Shown here one piece after another: positions 41,755 to 52,579 of a DNA stretch of 64,000 bases. The stretch comes from Chiloscyllium plagiosum. Its lineage: Eukaryota. How positions within the stretch are numbered: the first letter of the stretch is position 1; the number at the start of each line of letters is the position of its first letter. The position numbers and the translations under genes were made by a program. Location of the stretch: NCBI RefSeq assembly GCF_004010195.1, contig NC_057746.1, positions 22,165,850-22,229,849 of the forward strand. The letters are read 5' to 3'. Under the pieces are notes generated by a model. The model worked only from the letters and a program-made list of their open reading frames with translations, was not told the origin of the DNA and did not search any database.

Positions 41755-42408
41755 GTTTTGTGTAGCTGGCGGGCCCCTAACTTATACGGGGTCTCGGACT
41801 GGATTATTTTTGTTTTAAACATTCAGTACTGGTACGCTCCACACTCAGCAAGCCAGCCTAAGGGAAAGTTTGGATGGCTTTGAAGGCAGATACAGATAAG
41901 AATCCAAATTCTAATTGTACTTAATTGCACTACATTGTCCTACCAGTTGTCTCATCCTAAGATAGGACTGACAGTCGGGTAACACGGTAGACCGAACGGC
42001 CCACAACTCTCCAATTTGTTGTCCACCCCCACCCACTCCCCAAAATTTCATGAAATTCGCTATTTTGCGTGATCCTGACCCGAGCTAGAATGTTAGTGCA
42101 CATGAAAGACATGCACCTAGCAAGACAAAAAATTGGAAAGATTGTCCATTAAATTTTCTCACTATAAGGTCTTGAGATCTGGAGAAATTGACTAGGGCGC
42201 CCTTGCTTGTTATATTCGTTTCTCTATTGCCCTGTATTATCTGTCTTTGCCCTGCCTGTTCATCTTGTTTGTCTTTGTCCGTGTATTTTTCCGTACTGCA
42301 GCCTGTTCTGTATTTCCCAGATTGGCCACTTAAAGGGTAATGTCTGCACAGAAACAGTCTGCACAGAGCTCCATACTGTTCCAAGACAGAGTGCCCACTA
42401 GGACAGCT

Positions 42409-42567
42409 CTGCCTCATCCCTTTGGTGACAGCAGACCACAGCCACATCTTGAGATAGGCCGCCCTCTTCCATTTAACAAGGGATTCCAATTCCTTATTAA
42501 ACCACGGCTCCCTCGCACGACCCTTTCCTTCCTGCCTCATCCCTTTGGTGACAGCAGACCACAGCCA
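42409..42567. repeat. Perfect 36-bp direct repeat bracketing an 87-bp antisense CR1 ORF2 fragment
   Basis: ctgcctcatccctttggtgacagcagaccacagcca at 42409-42444 and 42532-42567; insert reads EGKGRAREPWFNKELESLVKWKRAAYLKM on the - strand. Confidence 0.85.
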
Positions 42568-42594
42568 TTGACTTTGTTGCGGAGTACAGAAAGA

Positions 42595-42928
42595 CGCCAT
42601 GCTCAGCTCAGCTCACTGCTGCCTGACAGTGCCAGCGACGCAGGTTCGATTCCTGCCTTGGGTGACTGTCTGTGTGGACAGTTACACTGTCTGGAGTTTG
42701 CACACTCTCTCCGTGTCTGTGTGGGTTTTCTCCGGGTGCTCCGGTTTCCTCCCACAATCCAAAAGCTGCGCAGGACAGGTGAATTGGCCATGCTAAATTG
42801 CCCATTGTGTTAGGTGCATTAGTCAGGGGAATGTTGGGGAATTGGTCTGGGTGGGCTACTCTTCAGAGGGTGTGTGTGAACCTGGGATGCAGGGCCTATT
42901 TCCATGCTATAGGGAATCTAATCTAAAT
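42595..42928 (+). mobile_element. HE1/V-SINE inserted in the ERV leader/gag
   Basis: ggttcgattcc B-box, V-domain and ggaatctaatcta tail. Confidence 0.9.
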
Positions 42929-44300
42929 AGTGTGCTTCAAGACTATGGTAGGAGGACCTCTTGTTTCACCTGGGTCACAGTTTGGAAAGAAGTAGGGGAT
43001 AGCAGATACGTGAACCTCTTCAGTGGGGACATCTGCATGTTATCCCATGGCAATTGGCCATATGGGGGCTCCTTTAAGATAGATACATTGATTACTGGAC
43101 CTCGAGTATTTTGGGCGGACACGGGGACCCCTCCTGGGCCACTGCCGAAAGCTGCAGTGACTGGAAAAGATTAAAGTAATTGCTAAGGGACACCAGGACC
43201 CTAAAATTAAAGAGCGCCATCAGACCCCAGATATTACTGTCTTCGCAGACCCCCTGTCCACTGCCCCGCTGCTGTACAACCCCCAGTACGCAAAACTTCC
43301 CCTCCCAACGCCAGAGCCAGACTCACTTATAAACAAGATGACCATGTTTGTTACATCACAACCCCAGAAAGAGCCACAGGAACACATGGCAGCCATTGAA
43401 CACCCTGATCTACCACCGACAGCAAACCTCACTCAAACCAACAGACTCATGCAGAGTGAAGATGCCACCCTGAAATTGCAAACCCCAGATCACCAGCACC
43501 CTCACATTATGACAGGCACTACTCTCCTTGATAAACCCTGGATGCACGCTGAGGTTCGAGCCATGCTGCAGGATGCCCGAAACCCACGAAAGTGCTCGAT
43601 TGTCTACCATAACACCTCCAAACTCACTTACAACTAGATTGCGTAAACCACTGGACAACTGTTCCTCTCTCCACCGAGTTTCACACTGAAGTGCGTGAGT
43701 GCAATAACTGGCCAGAAAAAAAAACTGTGGAAGAAGCCATTAAAACCGATGCAAGGCAGCAGGCCGACTTTGGAGACGTTACCTGTTGCCTGTAGAAATC
43801 AGACGAACTCTTTCCTGACTTTATCGTCCACTTCAAGGATGTCTGGGACTCATCAGCTGGCTTACCCTTACGAGACAACGAAAAGTTGGCGATTGAAAGT
43901 CTTGTTAATTGCATGCTGCCAAGACATGCTCAAGTGTACAAGGCTCAGAATCTGACCTGGCAGACAACAGGGTGGGAGGACACACTTATTACCACCTTAA
44001 ATAATGTGGACAGACATGGATTGTTTGAGATGCAGAAAGAGAAGGAAGCATACCCTTGGCTCATAGAGGCTGATTACCGAACGGACAGTTAGAGGTAGGC
44101 GCCGCAGAGCCATTACAAGGCTAGTGATCAGTACAGGGTCTGCAGGAAGATGGCTCACTGCGCAAATGACCGCCGCTCATCACCATCCCTCCCAAACACA
44201 ACAAAACCTGACCCTTCCACGGTGGTATCCTCAGCTGGCCGCCTACACTATGGCTGAGTCATTCCCTCACCCCACGAAACACTAGCAATGCTGCGGGAAT
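42929..44300 (+). pseudogene. gag: ERV gag remnant
   Basis: MA motif WPYGGSF (~43055); CA KPWMHAEVRAML; MHR-like *KSDELFPDFIVHFK (~43790-43840); degenerate zinc knuckle (~44130-44175). Confidence 0.8.
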
Positions 44301-44359
44301 GAGGTTTTGCATGCTGCCTCTATACGCTTCTCCCACACCCCGTTCGAGAATCCAATGAA

Positions 44360-47300
44360 TAGTGTGGAGGTCGGGGGGTGGTCTCATTTTAGTTTTGGTG
44401 CACGCTGGGGCCACCTACCCGTCTGCCCCTTCCTTTGCGGAAGTTTCACCCAGCTCCCAAACTGTCTGTATTGTGGATGTCTCCAGAGTGCCATCAGTAG
44501 AGCCACGATCAAAGCCAGTTACCTTTAGCATCAGATCCGTCACTGTCCCTGACACAGCAATAGTCTCCTCCAAATGTCCACGTCGCCTTACTGGGCCATC
44601 AAAAGTTGTGTAATTTAAATGCTAGCATTTATTGTTCTCCCCGGGCTTCAACTTAGAAATTCCTGACACTCATTATGCCATGCTGCAAACAGCCATTACC
44701 AGTTTCCCTGAGTCCTGAACCCCTGCCAAAGATGCTTACACCTGGGTAAATGCGCACATACCTGTGAGTCCTGTCCTTGGCCCCCTCCTCTCTGTCTTGC
44801 CCACCGTCGCCCCATCTCCCATCTCTGAGAATTTCACTGCACTGCAGGCTCATAGGAACCAGCATCATTCTACATTGTGCTTGTGGACCCCAATCTCGCT
44901 CTGACCTCCCAGCTGGCGCTGATTAGACTGTGTTTTGTGGGACCCAAGAGGGTAACGGTGGAAGTCCTGCTCAGCACAAAACAGGTGACACCGTTCTGCC
45001 ATGTCCCTGCCTTGACTCCACATATTTTCCTCATTATCAAGAGCTCCTGGCTCCCCACGGACTTACGACCCATGATTGTGTGACTACGACAACAACCACT
45101 GCATTTTGCGACCCTGAACCTTGTAAGCCCCCTCTCAATTCATGTTGCCCAGCTAGGATGGAATGAGTTCAGTACAGGCCACCTTCATTAAACAAAGCCC
45201 GGCCACTGCCCCTCTTATGAAAACCCTTTACGATTGACCAACATTCCAGCCTCATTGTGGGCACAGCGCTCAGATCATGCAGACCTAGTACTATGGTCTC
45301 CACCACACCATGTCACGCTCAAACAGGGAGCTGCACTGCCGTCAATACGACAGTACTCCCTGTCACCAACAACAACAGAGGGAATCAAGCCAGTATCAAC
45401 ACCCTTTTGGAACAGGGCATCTTAGTGCTGATGACCTGCTCCTGCAATCTTGTCCATCCCAAAACGTGGGAGGACAGGGAAATGGTGTTCCGTTCAGGAC
45501 ACGCGGGCAATCAGTGCCATCATTGTTCCCTGCTCCCCTGACACTAACGTCATTCTGACTGGCATCCCTGCCTTGGCCACTTGCTACTAACTCAAACATC
45601 CATTAATCACCAGTCCTGCTCTGGGAGTCCCTGATTATACACAGCCGTTTCAGCTCGCTGTGACTGAGAAACAGGGATTTACAGGGTCTCACATTTTGAC
45701 ATAAGTGCATGGGGATCTCCAGCCCCCTATAGTATTCTACTCTGTGCAATTGCCACTTGTCGTATAGGGAATGTCGGCCTCTGTAAGAGCTGTGGCGGCC
45801 ACTGCATTAACGGTACAGAACCTCACTCCCAACGTGCTGGATTATCCATGCACTGTATTGGTTCCTCGTTCAGTCTCCCTGCCGCTCACCTCGGCAGCAG
45901 CTCCACATTTTACAGCCACTTGGAGAACAGGTTATGCGATCGCATTGCTCTCCAAGACCAACATTTCCCTTCAGCGTGCCCCAACTTTAAACCACACCAC
46001 CCTTCTCCCTGTCACCAGGACGCCTCAACGGAAGACCATGGCTGCCTAGACTTAGTTCAACAGATTGCCAGTCCGCGCCCTGATCTTTTTTCAGACACCA
46101 TTACACAACCGTGACCTGATCCTCTTTACAGATGGGTCTTCATTTATACCCTCAGACCGACAAATACGAGCAGGATACACATTGCGCACACCTTTTGAGA
46201 CCCTCAAGTCTGTTGTGCCACAAACGAGACATGCACACAAGCTGCAGAGCTAGTCGCCCTCACCAAAGTCTGCATTATTGCTGAAGGTAATTCTGCTAGC
46301 ATTTACACAGACTCCAGGAATGAATTCGGAGTCATCCACGAGTTTGGCACTATCTGGAAACAGAGGGGATTTATTACCTCAGCAGGAAAACCACTACAAC
46401 ATGCTCAACTGATTGACAATTTACTAAAAGCTATCCTCCTGCCCTCCATTGTAGCTGATAGGAAGTGCGCTACCCATACCAATGCCAATGACCCTGTCAA
46501 CCACAGAAATATATGCGCTGACGTAGCAGCTCGACAAGCTGCTTTAAATCCAACCACATGTATTTTGCAAACCACTAGAATACGGGAACCACCAGTGGCC
46601 ATTGACATCACAGGAGTGTGGGCAGCTCAAGAAGCTGCTCCACAATTAGAAAGATACAGTTGGATCCACTTCATTGCTAAGGAGTCCTCCTCGTTATGAC
46701 TGCTAGTGCACTCAGACGACCATTTTATTTGTCCCAAAGCCCACTTACACAACCTTGCCCTAGCAGCCCATGGCACTTGCCATGCAAGGAAGAGGTGGAT
46801 GATAGCTTGGTATGCGCCTGGATTTGTAACTGCCACCCAAACACAAATATCACGCTGTTTCATATGCCTCCAAAACAATGCAAATAAACCCATAGCCAGG
46901 TACGACCACTTGCCCATCCCTGATGGATCCTTCACCAACTTATAGATGTATTTTGCCCACATGCCAGCTCAGCAGGGCTTCAAATATATCCTCAGAGTCC
47001 TTGACATATTTTCCAAATTGGTGGGAGCATTCACGACAAAAAGGGATGATGCTAGGACAATGGCTAAGTGTTTGATGAAGAATGTTATTCACAGATTCGG
47101 GATCCCGGGGAAAATTGAGAGTGACAAAGGGACCCACGTCACCGTGACCATCACAGTGTGTATTAGCAAAGCACTAGGGTTTGCATGGCGATATCACATT
47201 CCTTGTCAGCCCCAGTTATCAGCCATACTGGAATGCATGAATGACACACTTACCTTACCTTTGGCCCTGTATACCCCACATACCCAAGTGAACTGGACGA

Positions 47301-47680
47301 TGGGGCTTACACCTTTCGATGTCCTTAGGGGTAGAACAATGCCGACAGGGGCCAGGCCCCCAAAACTCTCCACAGATACAGCGCTACTCCTGACACAGGA
47401 AGCTCTGATGAACAATTCCGAGCACTCAGTAAAATCATAATCCTTAATTATGATCTGGTGAAAGCAACCATGCCCACATTCCACTAGGAGCCACTTCGTC
47501 CTTGCCAAACTGGGAAATACGTTATTATCAAATTGTTAGAAAAAGACTCACTTTCTTTTAGATGGAAATAGCAGTTCCTGGTACTTATTACAACGTGGAC
47601 AACTTTCAATGTGGAAGGGAGACCCGATTGGTTGCATGAAATCCAATGCAAGTGAGTTCTGCCCCTGAAAGAGACAAGCA
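44360..47680 (+). pseudogene. pol: ERV pro-pol remnant: protease, 2H phosphoesterase-like domain, RT with catalytic core deleted, RNase H, integrase
   Basis: LVHAGATY (cf. LVDTGATY); IRQYSLS..EGIKPV..LLEQGIL then a jump to SPALGVPDY; FTDGSS..AQAAELVALT..IYTDSR; H-H-C-C..DIFSK..RFGIPGKIESDKGTH. Confidence 0.92.
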
Positions 47681-47712
47681 GGAACTGCAGCAAACAACAT
47701 TTCTGCACACCA

Positions 47713-48696
47713 ATGAAAGCCCCAAGTGCCACCATAGCTTTCATCATGCTCCTTCTCACTCTAGTTATCCTCCCACGACATGAAGGGACACGAGGACACG
47801 CTGGGAGAGACTTCAACATCCGCAAATTATAGGTGAATATATTTCTCTACATTACTTAAGTTTCTGCTCAAAGTGTCAACTGCAGTAGCTGCTGAGTATA
47901 CGCTCATTTCCCCATATACTCCCAGGGGGACATGTCCTCACGACCCATCCGCTTTAATGAATTGGATATGATGGTTAAGTGGTAGTTGGAATAGGACGGG
48001 TCCCCTGAGGTGACCACTCTCAAGCTACCACTGAAAATGAAAAATTACACGGGTAACTGTCCAGCCTGCTGGAAATCAGCAGAATACTCACTGAATAAAT
48101 TCAAGTGTTGCTTCTCCACCACCGCCTCCCCCCACCCAGTACAATCTCTCCCACGAACCCATCCCTACTCCTCACAGACACTACTGGACAGAGTGCACCT
48201 AAGTGATCCACCTGCCTGAAATGCAGCCATCCATCCGGATGGAGTGTTGCCAAGAGCCGGTGTGCTAACCCTCACCACCCTTGACCAGATTCTCTCTATC
48301 TTCCCACCTACCCTATGCAGCTATCCGCTTGGGAATAGAAACCCAGACTGTCTGCTGGCTGAAAAAGGGGGCACATTCATCCTCATTGGCTCCAATTGCT
48401 GCATGTATATTCCTGAACCCAGTGAAAATATTACTAACCTAGCCCAGCATATCCAACAAGTTGCCGCTGTGCTGCACAATCAGAAGTCACAGTGGAAACT
48501 GTGGAGATGGACGGGCTCCTGGCTAGGTTCGTGGGACACTGCCTTACTGCAGGGACTCATTGTTTCCATTACCATCATTGTCCTTATCACAGTCATGAAT
48601 ATGAAACAGTGCTGCATGTACTTATGCTCACGTTTGCTACCCCCGGTCCCTGGCAACCCAACTTATGAACATTGTGAACGTGAACACTGTCCATGA
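47713..48696 (+). pseudogene. env: ERV env remnant (gamma-type), most of SU deleted
   Basis: Signal peptide MKAPSATIAFIMLLLTLVILP; NCSSC*VY (CWxC motif); ISD/CX6CC region NR.PDCLLAEKGGT..IGSNCCMYIP; W-rich MPER and TM helix. Confidence 0.9.
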
Positions 48697-48843
48697 AGCA
48701 GAGTATTCAGACTCAGACTCGGACTTCAAATACTGCTCCACTGATTCTGAGCCTTCCCAACCAGGTAGTCCCCCTGGCACCAGCTATGTTCCCTCTTTCA
48801 CTGCAACACCTGACCTATCACCATAACAACAAAAAGGGAGGAT

Positions 48844-49589
48844 TGCGGGAGAAAAGCAACCGCCTTTCCTGCCCACCATTTCCTCACAGAAACTATATAT
48901 GTTTTTAGCCAAAGAGAGGCTACCCATAATGCTGCTGGCAACTCAACCTGCCCGCACTCAGCTCAAGAACTAACAGTGAAACGAGATATTACCTAAGCAG
49001 ATTGCTGAATATAGGAATATTCTACTTAGATGATCTGTTAACTGATTTCCCTACCTCACAATAGTATTGCTGCTCTTGAAGCAGTAGCTGCTGAGTATGC
49101 GCTCACTTCCCCATGTACTCCCAAGGGGACACGTCCTCACGACCCCGAGGGCATTTCCCGTCTCCCAAGTTACTCAATCCCCACAACGCCCACATCGACT
49201 AGATGGCACGAAGATACCTAACAAGAATGAACACTACCCTGGGGATTTATTGAAGCCAGGATGCTAGCCATTAGCATCCATTTCTGTAGATTAACTAAAC
49301 CTTCCGTGACAATTGTTAACTAATGGATAATGTCAGACAAGCAATTGTTTTCTATTAACTGTAATCAAAACTGCATTGTCTTGCAATTAACATTGCATTG
49401 CTGTAAGCTATAAAAGCGACTGTGCCTACTGTTTGGGGAGGAGAATCTTTGACTTAACTGTGCAAAATGTCCGTTTTATATCAGTCCAGTCAATTTCCCA
49501 ACCCATGATACCGTGAAAACAAATCAGCGTTCATCAATTTCACAAAATCCGTATGTGGCCTCTATTTTTAATTGAACAATTCTATAACA
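48844..49589 (+). repeat. ERV 3' LTR
   Basis: TG...CA termini after the PPT; TATAAAA at 49409-49415; contains an env-derived insert at 49081-49145. Confidence 0.92.
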
Positions 49590-51650
49590 GTATCAAACAT
49601 GCGGGTTTGATTTCTGCCAGTGGTTTTCCAATTACCTGATATGTATGACATGTCAGGCAAAATTGCAGCACATCCTTGTGCAGTCCAGGTCTGTCAGAAT
49701 GTTTTAATATTTTGCTTGAGTTTCTCTGACCTCTAAATGACCCCCTATTCATTTCTTGTGCATCGCTCACAACACATCTTTTTTTATAAACCATTGACAA
49801 TGAGATTTGATGAACTCCTGCCCATTTATCATCTGTCTGAATACGTGACGGCTTCAATTTCCTCATTAAGACATCATTTTAAGATCGTAACATTCGGATT
49901 CCTTTTCTGTGTATGCGTTCTGATAATATTGCATTAAACTTGCAACTTTCTGCTAAGTTAAAAATCACAAAACACCAGGTTATAGTCCAACTGATTTATT
50001 TGGAAGTGCTAGCTTTCGAAGAGCTGCTCCTTCATCAGGTGATTGTGGAGAATAAGATTGTAAGACACAGAGTTTAGAGCAAGTGTTTCCAGGGTGATGA
50101 AACTGGAACTATAAATTGAAAAAGACCTGAATTGTTTGTTAAGTCTCTCATCTTTTAGAACGACCATGTTGGTATCAGTTCTTTCATGCGTTAATTTGCA
50201 ATAAAAGCTTTTAAATTTACATTCTCAAGTGCACCTTAACAATTGGTGTCATGTTGGCCCAGATAAGGTATTGAAGTTGTTAACTCCCTGTGAGGCTGTC
50301 TGTGTCACAATGGTCAGACTGATTCTAATCTAAAAAAACAGATTTTCAGAATCTTACATGGTTTCATGCAGTTTTGAGCAAAGCAAAATGTAATTCTGCA
50401 AGTATAAATTCACCCCACAAACTTATATGTGTCTGTGTGCATGTGGGTGTGCGTGGGGAGGGGGGCGCTGAGGGGATTATGAGTGTCTGTGAGAGGGTGT
50501 ATATATGTGTCTGAGCGTAAAGGGCTTTAAGTCTGTGAGGGGGTGTGTTTGAAGTGTATGCTGTAAGTCAGTTAATGCATCTGAGCTAAAGATGTCTTTT
50601 TTGTCATTTAGTTGTTGGTGGTTTATGTCAACCATTTGATCAAACAGGATCTCTGCTAATTCCATTTCAATGTTCTTACCTTTACATTGTTGATGTTTTC
50701 TGCTTCAGCTGGTAACTTTGTGACCTCGTTACTGCACAGTCAGGAAAAATGTCAGGATATTCGTCCTCCAATAGTTCATTTGCCTGAGATTCCACTGGTC
50801 TTTCAAGCACAATGGGAAGACGTTCTACCTTTGAACCAGCTATATTGTTAGCAAGGACAAATTGTATTCCTGAAGCTGAGAGTTTGTCCAGTACACCTAC
50901 GACGACTTTTCCACTCTTCACAGGACACTAACATAATTGATCGTTTCTTCTCTTACCATGAATTCCGTTTTTGACACAGTTTTCTGGAAATTGTCCTTCA
51001 GAAGTGCATTTCTTCTCATCTTTCAACATCACAGATTGAGAGGATACTGCAGTTCTTACTCTCTTTGCCTGCTGCGCCTGGCCTCTGTGAGTTAACTTTA
51101 TCTGTGAAGGTATATTTTTTCAGTTCTCCTTAACCAACTTTCGATCAGGTTCTACATTATGGTTCAGATTTCTAGTCTTGACTGTGCTTTCCAGTAACAC
51201 TCCCCCAAAAATTTCAGGCTTATCTTATTTTCCTACATCTGGCATCCCAGTGCTATTCCTAACCCACCAACACTGTAACTTCATGTGGCCTACTTTACTG
51301 CAGTGAAAACACTGGAGCTTTTTAACTTCCCTTTCCCCTTTAAGGGCTTCCGTTTTAATCTGTGTCAAGTTATTATTATGATCTTCACTAAGACCTTCCC
51401 TTTCCACCAGAGAATGTCTATTTTCCGCGATTTATATCCCTCATGGATTGAAGCTGACTTAAAATTTGATTTACAGTTAAACCCATATCATCAAACATTT
51501 GAGCTGATAATCTTGCCATTTTAATTCTCTGCTCTTCCATTTTATTTCTCACTGCTTCACGAAATGAGTTTTTGAACTCCTGCAAAATAATCATCTCTCC
51601 ACAAACGTCATAGACTTGTTCGAGCTTTAATGCCTTTACCACTAATCAAA
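49590..51650 (-). mobile_element. Gmr1-like Gypsy remnant (gag C-terminus, PR region, IN zinc finger), interrupted by a PLE and cut off by the ERV
   Basis: IILQEFKNS (SCAN-like), CFHCSKVGHMKLQC knuckle, FVLANNIAG..CAVTRSQ, PGLHKDVLQFCLTCHTYQVIGKP. Confidence 0.88.
49955..50558 (-). mobile_element. Penelope-like 3' end with hammerhead at 50006-50041
   Basis: Same pLTR family as 11676-11897; - strand CAC CUGAUGA AGGAGC..UUC GAAA GCUA. Confidence 0.8.
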
Positions 51651-52089
51651 GTTACCCTTCAAACTCAACCCATTGGGACATAGCTGGGGAGACGTGATGC
51701 AGAAGCCTGGCATTTGTAGTGAATACTTATAGGTTATCAGTGTTTTGGGCACTTGTACCTTATATCTTAAAAACACTTTACCCAAGCACTGTTGTCAATG
51801 ATATGGGCGAAGGACACCGAATTCAGTTCGCATTTCAACTATGTTTTTATTGACAAAATATTCCTTATTATATACACCAAGTAAGCATTTCCTAAATTTT
51901 CACCATATTTACTTGGGTAAGTTAAGTAAGTGGGCAAAAACCTTGTAGGTGGAATCCAAGTCAGAGTCAGAGTCGAAAATAAAATTCACTTTTGCATGAG
52001 GAATATGAGAGTTTAACTATATTTGAATGCAAGATGTTGCAAAAAGCTTTACTCTTTAGAATATTTACTCTTTACCTAGTGATGTGTGC

Positions 52090-52480
52090 TTGATTTGGAA
52101 AATTAGAATCTCCTTCTTCTCTGATGTAGGGCTACCTCTGTTCCATGAAGATGGGCCTCGCAGGTCAGAACAGATCTTATCCTGGGTCTTCTTGCGTTGC
52201 CACACAGTGTTCTATCACTAGTCTTTCTGCGAGTCTTCATTGTGAATCTTCACAATCATTGTGAAGCGGAGACGACTTCAAGGTGGATTCTTATTGCCCT
52301 CTGTTGGGGACGTCAACCACGGCAATACGTTTTGATGTTGCTCGTCTGGGAGATGTATAGTGCATGGCCTCAGGCAAAAGTGAAAATTCTGATCAATCCT
52401 TGTCAAATGTACAACCCTCGGGTTCCTTGTGACAAGTTCCTTCTGAACTTTTGAACTCTCTTGGCTCCCATTATTCTCTG
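52090..52480 (-). mobile_element. Possible RTE-type LINE fragment
   Basis: Only a faint resemblance to RTE RT sequence; highly decayed. Confidence 0.3.
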
Positions 52481-52579
52481 TAGCCGAAAATTGCTCGCTG
52501 CTGTAGTTTGGCCAATATTCTATCAGACATGATCTATCCAGCTATATGCCAATTTCGAATGTCCAATTTTGGTCCTGTC

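Larger units (their letters stand above)
41203..49589 (+). mobile_element. Class I (epsilon/gamma-like) endogenous retrovirus, decayed and internally deleted
   Basis: Paired LTRs, PPT aaaaagggagga at 48831-48842, and recognisable MA, CA, NC, PR, RT, RNase H, IN and gamma-type env motifs in order. Confidence 0.95.

Noticed and set aside
42409-42567. 36-bp repeats with a spacer resembling a CRISPR unit
   Set aside because: Only two repeats, an 87-bp LINE-derived spacer, eukaryotic context and no cas genes
42340-42813. Several overlapping 60-170-aa ORFs
   Set aside because: Chance frames across the ERV leader, the CR1 insert and a GC-rich SINE
48244-48696. 150-aa env TM ORF as a possible domesticated syncytin-like gene
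   Set aside because: SU has stops and a large deletion, no furin site or fusion peptide is visible, and the first Cys of CX6CC is lost
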